64,000 nucleotides of DNA from an uncultured candidatus Brocadiaceae bacterium (GTDB lineage: Bacteria; Planctomycetota; Brocadiia; SM23-32): positions 22,201 to 86,200 of the forward strand of contig CAZEAP010000010.1 of NCBI GenBank assembly GCA_964510315.1, given 5' to 3'. Position numbers and translations under genes: made by a program. Shown piece by piece: positions 36,529 to 44,621 of this stretch (within the stretch, counting starts at the first letter, position 1; each line of letters starts with the position of its first letter). The notes under the pieces were generated by a model. That model did not search any database. It saw only the letters and a list, made by a program, of their open reading frames with translations, and had not been told where the DNA came from.

Positions 36529-38481
36529 TCAGAATGCGGGCACGGCGCCGCGGGTGACGGTCCGGACCAGCGTGGAGATTCCACCAACTGACGCCTCGGC
36601 GACGATAAGGGCTATGAAGAAGTAGCGCGCCTGACGCAGTTTCCCCCCGCCGAACAGCTTCATGATTCCCATCTTGCAGAGCCATCCCAGCAAGAAGGGG
36701 AACCATAACCTGTGGGCGTGCCAGCTATGGCACGACAGCAGGCCGATGGCGTGAATCGGCCACCAGTAGAACCGGGCGCGCATGTACATAAAGAACGTCA
36801 TGCCGCCGGCCCCCAGCAGCAGCGACTTGGGGTATGCCTTGGCGGCCGCGGAGCCCTGCTTTATGATGCGCTGAGCCGAGTCCATGCGCCACTTCGGTTC
36901 CGCAGTCTGCGCCCACCAGTCCGAATAGTTCGCGCCCCCCATGCGGTAGGCCGTGTTCAGGGAGGTCCACGTCCCGCAGAGAAGCGCCACCAGGAAGGCC
37001 ACCATCAGGATGGGGACGAGGAGACGACGTTTGGCGGGCTTGAAAACGTCGGAGATGCGGAAGGCGTTGATGGCCATGGGCGCCAGGTAGGCGGTGCCGC
37101 CGGTGATCAGCAGAGGGTCCTGAAGATTCGTGATGACCGCCCCGGCCGGTCCCAGCGCCCGGCCTCCCGTTATGCCATGGATGAATTCCGGCAGGCGCCA
37201 GGTCGTCCTCGCCACGTAGAGTCCCGCCTGGGCGACCACGCGCGCGTAAACCAGGTACCAACAGATGATCATCGCGAAGGCGGCAACCGCCGCCGGCCAC
37301 CGCATGCCGTGGTAGGCATACCATCCGAGGCATGCCCCCAGCGTGACGAGAGAACCCCAGAACCCCAGGCGGTAGCCGACCGGCTCACCGCTGTCGTCGG
37401 CGTCCTTCAGGCCGAGGGCCTTCCGCAGCACCACCCACAGGTGCCGGCGGGCCATGAACAGTATTCCGGCGGTGAAAGCGATGTAAGCGCCGGCCTGCTG
37501 CCAACGCATCAGCGGTTTGCGCAGATGCCCCAGCCCCAGGTAGTGGGCCGTCTGCAGTTCCATCCTGGCGACCAGGTAGAAGACCCAGATGCTCAGCGAG
37601 ACGTCGGCGGGCACAAGGAACGCGAAGCCCACCGCGGAGGTCCACAGGTTGAAGTTCTGAAAACCCATCGGCTCCAGGGGCGTTCCCGCCAGCGCGTCCT
37701 TTATCGGGAGGGGGATATGGAACGCGGGACCGGCGCCGAAGATGACGGGCAGCGCCCTGATGAAACGGAAGCTGAGCGCGAAGACCAGCCCGACGATGAA
37801 GCCCTTCTGGGTGAACGCGGCGGGAAGCCAGCGGCGTTCCGCGCTGCCCTGGGTGAACTCCAGGGGCACGCGGGCCAGTGGAAACATCAGTCGCTCCGAC
37901 TCCACCCACTGCCGGCGCAGGATTCCCATCAGGAAGAAGATGAACAGGTACAGGGCGATGAAGAAGACGCCCCAGTGGATCAGCGGTCGCATCCAGCGTC
38001 CCCACGGCACCCGCTCCCATCCGCCCTTGAAATAGCGGGCGGCCGCCACGGAGCGCGGGTCGTTGCTCAACACCAGCTCTTCGGGCGCGTGGGTCAGCGC
38101 GCCGTCGTCCTCCCAGGCGACGTCCGCGCGCCGGGCGAGATACGACGGAGCCGCCGTAAAGGAAAACCAGAAGCGGGCCAGCCCGTCGCCCGGGAACGTG
38201 GCTCCGACGATCAGCATGCACCAGACCAGCATCAACTCCGCCTGGCTCAGCTCCCAGCCGCGTCGGACCAGCTTGATCAGGAGGTTCACTCCCACCGTCA
38301 GTATGACCAGCACGAGCACTGCCCCGCCGGGGAAGGCCGTCCCGCTGAAACCGCCCCATCCCTTGGCCCAGCTCACCCAGGGCTCGAGCAGTGCTATGCC
38401 CGCCACGAAGAAAAGGCCGATGAGGAAGGCCCGCCAGGTCACGATGCGCTCCGCGATTTGTGGTGGATCGTCCGGGGTCAA
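36529..38481 (-). CDS. Large polytopic membrane protein of unknown function
   Basis: 650 aa and more than 12 predicted TM helices by hydrophobic-segment inspection. No recognisable catalytic motif. Confidence 0.55.
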   Translation of the reverse strand: MTPDDPPQIAERIVTWRAFLIGLFFVAGIALLEPWVSWAKGWGGFSGTAFPGGAVLVLVILTVGVNLLIKLVRRGWELSQAELMLVWCMLIVGATFPGDGLARFWFSFTAAPSYLARRADVAWEDDGALTHAPEELVLSNDPRSVAAARYFKGGWERVPWGRWMRPLIHWGVFFIALYLFIFFLMGILRRQWVESERLMFPLARVPLEFTQGSAERRWLPAAFTQKGFIVGLVFALSFRFIRALPVIFGAGPAFHIPLPIKDALAGTPLEPMGFQNFNLWTSAVGFAFLVPADVSLSIWVFYLVARMELQTAHYLGLGHLRKPLMRWQQAGAYIAFTAGILFMARRHLWVVLRKALGLKDADDSGEPVGYRLGFWGSLVTLGACLGWYAYHGMRWPAAVAAFAMIICWYLVYARVVAQAGLYVARTTWRLPEFIHGITGGRALGPAGAVITNLQDPLLITGGTAYLAPMAINAFRISDVFKPAKRRLLVPILMVAFLVALLCGTWTSLNTAYRMGGANYSDWWAQTAEPKWRMDSAQRIIKQGSAAAKAYPKSLLLGAGGMTFFMYMRARFYWWPIHAIGLLSCHSWHAHRLWFPFLLGWLCKMGIMKLFGGGKLRQARYFFIALIVAEASVGGISTLVRTVTRGAVPAF

Positions 38482-38655
38482 CCGGGGATTATATCGAGAG
38501 CCATGCGTCAGACAACCGCGCGCTCCGGGGGGAAAACGGTGGCGGGCACCGGAGTTTGCCCGCCCCCTTCCCGGCCGGTGGAGTGAACGAGGGCTTCCCG
38601 TGGATGCAGAGTCGCGGCACGCGCCGGGCCTCGGCGCGCTGAGGATAGCTTACGC

Positions 38656-38883
38656 ATGGAGGAATGGGAGAGGGAGTATCGATGCCTGGGAAGATCAGGC
38701 TTGCAGGTCAGCGCCGTATCGCCGGGTTCCCGGCGCACGTTCGGGCAGCGAGTGGACGACGCGACGACGCGGCGGTGCATGGAACTCGCCGTCGAGGACA
38801 ACGTGCAGGCCGTGGAGGTCGTCGAGCAGCTCACCGAGGAAGTGCTGGCCCGAATCGAGGATATCCTCGGCAACAAGCCCTGA
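38656..38883 (+). pseudogene. Internally deleted aldo/keto reductase (Kv-beta/Tas-like) remnant
   Basis: 75 aa: EYRCLGRSGLQVSAVSPGSRRTFG...ELAVEDNV resembles an AKR N-terminus and ...LTEEVLARIEDILGNKP an AKR C-terminus; the ~250-aa catalytic barrel between them is missing. Confidence 0.55.
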
Positions 38884-39520
38884 CGCCCCGCCGGGAGTCC
38901 GCGGAAAGCGTGACAGCGTGAGATCGCGAGACCGAATCCTCTGCACGCTGCGGCACAGCGAAGATGTCCGGGAAGGTATGGCACATCCAGGCGCCGCTGT
39001 CGTCCTGCCCGGAGTCGTCGTAGACCCGCACTTTTGATAGCAGTCTGTCTCGCACCTCGTCCGGGTAACGTTCATCGATATCCCACAGGGCCTGGGCCAG
39101 GGTGTTGGAGCCGGCGTTGACGGCGAAGTGCACAGGGCGTGCATCGTCTGCCTGTAGGGCTCTGATGATCAGCTCGGAGCCGGCCGTGCTCTTGCCGGTC
39201 CCAACCGCCTTCATTCCGTAACCGCGCTGTCCGCCGGCGGTGCGCTCCAGCAGATGCTCTCGGGTGGGCCAACCCGGTGCGTGCTGCAGCAGGTTAGGGC
39301 GAACCACGCCGTATGCCTCAACTCGGTCAGCGATGGATTCCGGATAGACCGTGTTGGGCAGCCAGCACGATGTCACGGCGATCAGACCTTCGATTTCGAG
39401 TTCATTGGCGTACATCAGCAGGTGAACCATGGTCTGCGAATCGTCGGGTTCGTTCTCCATGTCTGTCAGGATAATGAGACGGTAACGCTGTTTGGGTTTG
39501 CCTTTGGAAAGGAATCTCAT
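38831..39520 (-). CDS. DUF1593 (nucleoside-hydrolase-like, Sde182-type) domain protein, probably C-terminally truncated
   Basis: ILTDMENEPDDSQTMVHLLMYANELEIEGLIAVTS matches the NH-like domain of DUF1593 proteins. ATG at 39520 with AAGGAGG RBS. The C-terminal ~40 aa look like frame noise and overlap the AKR remnant. Confidence 0.5.
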   Translation of the reverse strand: MRFLSKGKPKQRYRLIILTDMENEPDDSQTMVHLLMYANELEIEGLIAVTSCWLPNTVYPESIADRVEAYGVVRPNLLQHAPGWPTREHLLERTAGGQRGYGMKAVGTGKSTAGSELIIRALQADDARPVHFAVNAGSNTLAQALWDIDERYPDEVRDRLLSKVRVYDDSGQDDSGAWMCHTFPDIFAVPQRAEDSVSRSHAVTLSADSRRGVRACCRGYPRFGPALPR

Positions 39521-40023
39521 AGGACCTCCTTGTTCCCGAGCAGTATCGAAGGGGCAACAGATGAGAGCCGTGCGCTTAGGCAAAGCCCCGCGCATCGTAT
39601 ACTGCGGCAATCTCGAAAGACAAGCGTAGCCATTCACGGGCTTTCTGAGAATCTGCCCTCCGCCGTTGCGTATGCTGTCGGGCATGGCACCAAAGACTCC
39701 TACAGCCGAATGCCCGAACTGCAAACGGTTTGCAGGCCGCGTGGCCCAACTGGAGGTGCTCGTGCTGAAGCTCCAGGGCCGTATCGTGGAGGTCGAGGCA
39801 AAAACCGCCCGGTGCCCGGCACGGCAAGAAGCGTTGCATGGGCGGCCAGCCCGGTCATCGTCGCCACGAGCGCCCGTCTTTTCCGCCCGAACAGATCGAC
39901 CAGACGCGGCGGTATCGGCTGGAGCGGTGTCCCCGCTACGGCGGGCCGCTGCAGAGGTCCTGGGAGCGGCCCCCTGCGTCCGGCAGGTCGAGCTAACCGA
40001 CTCGAATTCAGCGGAGGAATCCC

Positions 40024-40878
40024 ATGGCGAAGAAACGTAAGCTGAGCGTGCTGGACCTGCAGAGGATGAAGGACGAGGGCGAGCAGGTGGTGTGGGTGAC
40101 CGCCTACGACTACATCACCGCCCAACTGGCCGAAAAGGCCGGAATGGACATGATCCTGGTCGGCGACAGCCTGGGGATGTGCATCTACGGCTATCCGGGC
40201 ACCATACCCGTGACGATGGACCAATGCATCTACCACTGCGAGGCCGTCCGGCGGGCCGCGCCGAACACGTTCATCATCGGCGACATGCCGTTCGGCTCTT
40301 ACCAGGTCAGCGCCGAGAAAGCCGTCGAGAACGCCATCCGTTTCCACAAGGAGGCCGACGTGGACGCCGTCAAGCTCGAAGGCGGCGAACGCGTGGCGGA
40401 CGTGGTAGAGGCCATCGCCGAAAGCGGCATGCTGGTGATGGGCCACCTGGGCCTGACGCCCCAGTCATCGAACGCGCTGGGCGGCTTCAAAGCACAGGGC
40501 CGGACGGCGGAGACGGCGATGGACGTGATCCGCGACGCACGGGTGATCCACGAGGCCGGCGCCTTCTCCATACTCATCGAAGCCGTGCCGCCGGCGGTCA
40601 CTGCAATCATCCGCGAGGAGCTGCCGGTGCCCATCTACTCGATCGGGGCCGGCTCCCACGCCGACGGTCAGCTCATGATCTGCTCCGACATAATCGGCCA
40701 TTTCCAGGCATTCACCCCGAAGTTCGTCAAACGCTACGGCGACGTCGCGGGCGAGATCAGCCGCTCGTTCGAGCAGTACGCCGAGGAGGTCCGAGGCGGC
40801 CAGTTCCCCACCGAGGACTATGCCTACAGCATGATCGAAGGCGAGCTGGACAAGCTGCGCGACCTGATGGAGGGGTGA
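40024..40878 (+). CDS. panB: 3-methyl-2-oxobutanoate hydroxymethyltransferase
   Basis: Full-length PanB (GDSLGM, MPFGSY and other motifs). Confidence 0.9.
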   Translation: MAKKRKLSVLDLQRMKDEGEQVVWVTAYDYITAQLAEKAGMDMILVGDSLGMCIYGYPGTIPVTMDQCIYHCEAVRRAAPNTFIIGDMPFGSYQVSAEKAVENAIRFHKEADVDAVKLEGGERVADVVEAIAESGMLVMGHLGLTPQSSNALGGFKAQGRTAETAMDVIRDARVIHEAGAFSILIEAVPPAVTAIIREELPVPIYSIGAGSHADGQLMICSDIIGHFQAFTPKFVKRYGDVAGEISRSFEQYAEEVRGGQFPTEDYAYSMIEGELDKLRDLMEG

Positions 40879-40924
40879 CGCCGACTGCTGAGCGCCCACC
40901 GGGATCTATAGGAGGCGGACCAGA

Positions 40925-41281
40925 ATGGGACGGCGTGGCGACATTCCCCGGAGGGAGTGCCTGAGACTGTTCGGCGCCGTGGACCTGCCCAAAGGGCGTG
41001 ACCTGCTTGATCACGGGCGCCTGTTCGACTTCCTGATGGGAAAGCGGGTGCCGTTCAGGCTGCGCCGGGCGGCCGAAAACTGGGAGCGCCGGCCGGTCCG
41101 AGTCAACCTGCGCTGGGCGTGGACGCCGCACCTACATCTGGCGGCCAGCGTGGACGAGAAGATCGCGCCGTATTTGGAGGACCCCTGCTCCGGTGAGGTT
41201 CCCCCGGCGGAGGACGACCCCGCCTGGGCCGCCGTTCCCACCTGGGCCGGCATCTATCGAATCGAGAAACTGGGCGTTTAG
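40925..41281 (+). CDS. Hypothetical protein
   Basis: ORF only; no recognisable motif. It may be the upstream piece of a disrupted paralog together with 41287-41838. Confidence 0.25.
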   Translation: MGRRGDIPRRECLRLFGAVDLPKGRDLLDHGRLFDFLMGKRVPFRLRRAAENWERRPVRVNLRWAWTPHLHLAASVDEKIAPYLEDPCSGEVPPAEDDPAWAAVPTWAGIYRIEKLGV

Positions 41282-41286
41282 ACAGG

Positions 41287-41838
41287 TTGTTTTCCACTGC
41301 AAGAGCACAACTGGCCCCTTCTACCGACAGACGGTTCCCATCATGCTGCAGATCGAACGGATCCTGGATGACCTTCGGGCCGGCCGCCGGAATGTACGAG
41401 CATCACGACGGCATGGGGCTGGAGGTCTTCCTCACCCAGTTCGGCGGCGCTTTCAACCTGCACAAACCGATCTCCCGGTGGAGCGATAAGGACAGGGCCG
41501 ACGCCGCCCGCCTGATCGGCGTGTTCAAGAACCTGCGCCGCTACCTGAACAAGGACTTCTGGAGCCTGTTCCCGCAGCCTCACGACCGGGAGGGCTGGGA
41601 CGGCTGGCAGTTCCACGACCCGGAAAGCGGGACGGGACTGCTGCTGTTCTTCAAGCGGCGCGACTGCGAGGAAGACAATCGGCAGGTCGAGCTTCGTTGG
41701 CCCGAGGATGCCGGCAAGCTGCGGTTCGGCACGGTGCTGGGGAGCGCGGACCTCACGGTCGAGAGCGGCGGGCGCGTCGGCGCGACGATGGACAGCCGGG
41801 CGGCTCTCGTGCGATACGAGCCCGTTGCGGGGAGTTGA
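41287..41838 (+). CDS. Stand-alone or fragmentary beta-sandwich domain paralogous to the C-terminal region of the 10965-12734 glycosidase
   Basis: EGWDGWQFHDPESGTGLLLFFKRRDCEEDNRQVELRW parallels PCWDGWHGFLTGSGDDGLLVVANSLGEPVEITL of the larger protein. Confidence 0.35.
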   Translation: MFSTARAQLAPSTDRRFPSCCRSNGSWMTFGPAAGMYEHHDGMGLEVFLTQFGGAFNLHKPISRWSDKDRADAARLIGVFKNLRRYLNKDFWSLFPQPHDREGWDGWQFHDPESGTGLLLFFKRRDCEEDNRQVELRWPEDAGKLRFGTVLGSADLTVESGGRVGATMDSRAALVRYEPVAGS

Positions 41839-41871
41839 CCGCGCGCCTGGTCCGCAGCGACGTCCCGCGTT

Positions 41872-43080
41872 TCAGTATTCCCAGCCGCTCGGGTGCCGGT
41901 CCAGGAATAGTTCGATGAGTTCGTGGCCTTCCTCGACCTCCACCTCCGAGGCGGCGGCGTGCGCCTCGTTGAAGGGGACGCCGGCGGCGGCACCTATCCC
42001 CTCCCCCCATACGGCGAAAGGCACCTTCCCGCGCTCGTGCCTGCCGTCCTCAACAGAGGTCAGGTGGTCGGGACAGATCAGCAACCGCAGCTCCCCTTCC
42101 TGGTCGGCATTGGCCATAACCGGACCGAGGATCTCGCGGTCGACCTGTTCGATGGCGCGGACCTTGGCCTTTACGTCACGGTCGTGGCTGGCCTCGTCCG
42201 GCGCCTCGACGTGGACCAGTACGATGTCGTATTCCCCGAGGGCATCCACGGCATAGCGCCCTTTGGCGGCGTAGTCGGTGTCGGTGTAACCGGTTGCGCC
42301 CGGCACGTCGATGACGTCCCACCCGATCAGGCGGCAGGTGCCCCGCACCAGATTCACCGCGCTGATGGCGGCGCCGCGCAGACCGAACAGTTCCTGGAAG
42401 CTTTTGAAGGCGGGCTTTTTCCCCGGGCTCCACAGCCAGATCATGTTGGCCGGATTGGTCCCGAGGTCCCGTCGCACCTCGTTGACCTCGTGACCCTCCA
42501 GCACACCGCGGGAGCGTTCCATCAGGTCGATGAGCACTTCTCTGCCCTCCCCCTCGGGCAGATGATCGCGCAACGGCTCCCCCACAATCTGGTGGGGTGG
42601 AGTAGTTTCGACCTCGAGGGGGTCTTCCCCGCGGTACATGAATATGTGGCGGTAGCTGACGCCCGTATGAAAACGGTTCCGGGCATCGCCGAGGGCGTCA
42701 TTGAGCGCCTGGATCAGGACCTCCGCCTCTTCGGTACTGATGTGGCCCCCGGTGAAATCGGCTATGGAGTGGTCGCCCACGGTGATCAGGTTGCAGCGGA
42801 CCGCCCATTCGTCGGGTCCCATCTCGATGCCCAGGTCGGCGGCTTCCAGCGGGCCCCTTCCGGTGAAATACGCGGTGGGGTTGTAGCCCAGGACGCTTAT
42901 CATGGCCACAGAACTGCCCGGCTCCATCCGGTGCGGCACGTGACAGGTCACCCCCAGCAGGCCCTCGCGCGCCGCCCGATCCATGTTCGGGGTCCGCGCG
43001 GCTTCCAACGGCGTTCTATCGCCCAGCTTCCGGATGGGATGGTCGGCCGCGCCGTCCGGGACAACTATGCAGTACCTCAT
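41872..43080 (-). CDS. apgM: Cofactor-independent phosphoglycerate mutase, archaeal-type
   Basis: MRYCIVVPDGAADHPIRKLGDRTPLEAARTPNMD N-terminus typical of ApgM. ATG at 43080 with GGGAGG RBS. The track's 158-aa N-terminal extension is spurious. Confidence 0.85.
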   Translation of the reverse strand: MRYCIVVPDGAADHPIRKLGDRTPLEAARTPNMDRAAREGLLGVTCHVPHRMEPGSSVAMISVLGYNPTAYFTGRGPLEAADLGIEMGPDEWAVRCNLITVGDHSIADFTGGHISTEEAEVLIQALNDALGDARNRFHTGVSYRHIFMYRGEDPLEVETTPPHQIVGEPLRDHLPEGEGREVLIDLMERSRGVLEGHEVNEVRRDLGTNPANMIWLWSPGKKPAFKSFQELFGLRGAAISAVNLVRGTCRLIGWDVIDVPGATGYTDTDYAAKGRYAVDALGEYDIVLVHVEAPDEASHDRDVKAKVRAIEQVDREILGPVMANADQEGELRLLICPDHLTSVEDGRHERGKVPFAVWGEGIGAAAGVPFNEAHAAASEVEVEEGHELIELFLDRHPSGWEY

Positions 43081-43103
43081 CGATTCCTCCCAAGGGAAGC
43101 GGC

Positions 43104-44408
43104 CTAAATGTCCGCTACGCGAAGCATCCGGGTGTTCTCGCCCCGGATGACGTCGAGCCGGTTGATACGGTCCAGTGCCCTGCGCAAGGCGGCCTCCTGC
43201 GCGAGGTGAGTCATGAAGACTACGGGCACGAACTCTCTTCCTTCGGCGGCTACCTCGTGCTGGCGGACCGAGGCAATGCTGATGTCCTCCTCTCCCAGTA
43301 TGCCCGCCACCCGGGCGAGCACCCCGGGACGGTCGAGGCAGTCGAGGCGGAAATAATAGCGGATGCGGACCTTTCCGAAGGGGACCTGTTGCGCCTCGGG
43401 CACGTCGCCGAACTGTGAGAGACTTCCGAACTCCTTCCCATACGTACCGAGCGCCACCCGCGCGACGTCCGCCACCACGGCACTGCTTGTGGGCAGGCGG
43501 CCGGCGCCCTTTCCGGTCAGCACGATCTCGCCGGCCCGCCCGGCGTGAATGCACACGGCATTATAGACCCCGCCGACGGCGGCCAGGGCATGGTCCCGGC
43601 GAAGCAGCGCCGGGTGCACCCGAAGATCCAGGCCGTCTTCGCGGCGCACCCCGATGGCCAACAGCTTCAGGGTGTATCCCAAAGCTTTTGCGTAGCGGAG
43701 GTCACTCAGTTGGACGCCGGCAATTCCCTCGCACGGGATCTGGTCCAGGTCGACCTTGACGCCGAAGGCCAGCCGGCTCAGCACGGCCAGTTTATGGGCG
43801 GAGTCCCGCCCCTCAACGTCCAGGGCCGGGTCGGCCTCCGCGAAACCCCGCTCCTGCGCCTCGCCCAAAGCGTCCTCGTAGCCGATGCCCTCCCGCAGCA
43901 TTCGCGTCAGCACGTAGTTGCACGTTCCGTTGACGATGCCGTAGAGGCTTTCCACCCGGTCGCCCACGAGCGAGCTGCGGAGGGCCGCAATGACGGGGAT
44001 GCCGCCGGCGGCGGCGGCCTCAAAAGCTATGCACCGTCCCTGCTGCCTGGCCAGGCGATAGAGTTCATCACCGGCTTCAGCAAGGAGGGCCTTGTTGGCC
44101 GTGACGACGTCTTTTCCCGAGCGCAGCGCCCGCTCCACCACCCGCCGCGCCTCCGTGGTGCCGCCGAACAATTCCACCACCACCCTGACCTCGGGGTCGG
44201 CCAGGGGGGCCTGGAGGTCGTCAGTGAGCACCAGGTCATCGGGCGGATCCAGCTCGGCGCGGACCTCATCCATTCGGGCATCGACCACGTACTTCAGGGC
44301 GACTCCGTTTCCAAGGTGCTCACGGAGCGCGCTGCGCCCCAGCAGCGCCCGGGCCACACCCATACCGACGGTTCCGCAGCCGTAGAGGGCAACTTGTGTG
44401 GTTTCCAT
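43104..44408 (-). CDS. hom: Homoserine dehydrogenase
   Basis: NAD-binding LYGCGTVG, the catalytic region and a C-terminal ACT domain. ATG at 44408 with GGAGG RBS. Confidence 0.9.
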   Translation of the reverse strand: METTQVALYGCGTVGMGVARALLGRSALREHLGNGVALKYVVDARMDEVRAELDPPDDLVLTDDLQAPLADPEVRVVVELFGGTTEARRVVERALRSGKDVVTANKALLAEAGDELYRLARQQGRCIAFEAAAAGGIPVIAALRSSLVGDRVESLYGIVNGTCNYVLTRMLREGIGYEDALGEAQERGFAEADPALDVEGRDSAHKLAVLSRLAFGVKVDLDQIPCEGIAGVQLSDLRYAKALGYTLKLLAIGVRREDGLDLRVHPALLRRDHALAAVGGVYNAVCIHAGRAGEIVLTGKGAGRLPTSSAVVADVARVALGTYGKEFGSLSQFGDVPEAQQVPFGKVRIRYYFRLDCLDRPGVLARVAGILGEEDISIASVRQHEVAAEGREFVPVVFMTHLAQEAALRRALDRINRLDVIRGENTRMLRVADI

Positions 44409-44621
44409 GGACTCCCCTCCAGACGGAGCCTGCAATCGGACGCGGCAGAGCGCTGCGGGATCGGCAGAAGCGCTTCAAGCCTGCAAAGTATAACCGTCCC
44501 CCCGGCGGACTGTCAATCAGCAGAGCGCCTGTGCTATCCCCACTTTGTCCCAAAGTGTACTGCCCGCCGGCTCAAACCCGGTAAACGGAAAGGCCCACGT
44601 TGCGCTTGTCCACGGTGCCTG

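Noticed and set aside
28657-40023. Search for a direct repeat of the tRNA-Val 3' end (att site) and for an integrase
   Set aside because: No integrase/recombinase ORF and no obvious copy of ...GGTTCGAGTCCTGCTGCGCCCACCA were found by eye in the region. The island hypothesis therefore stays an inference from the pseudogene density.
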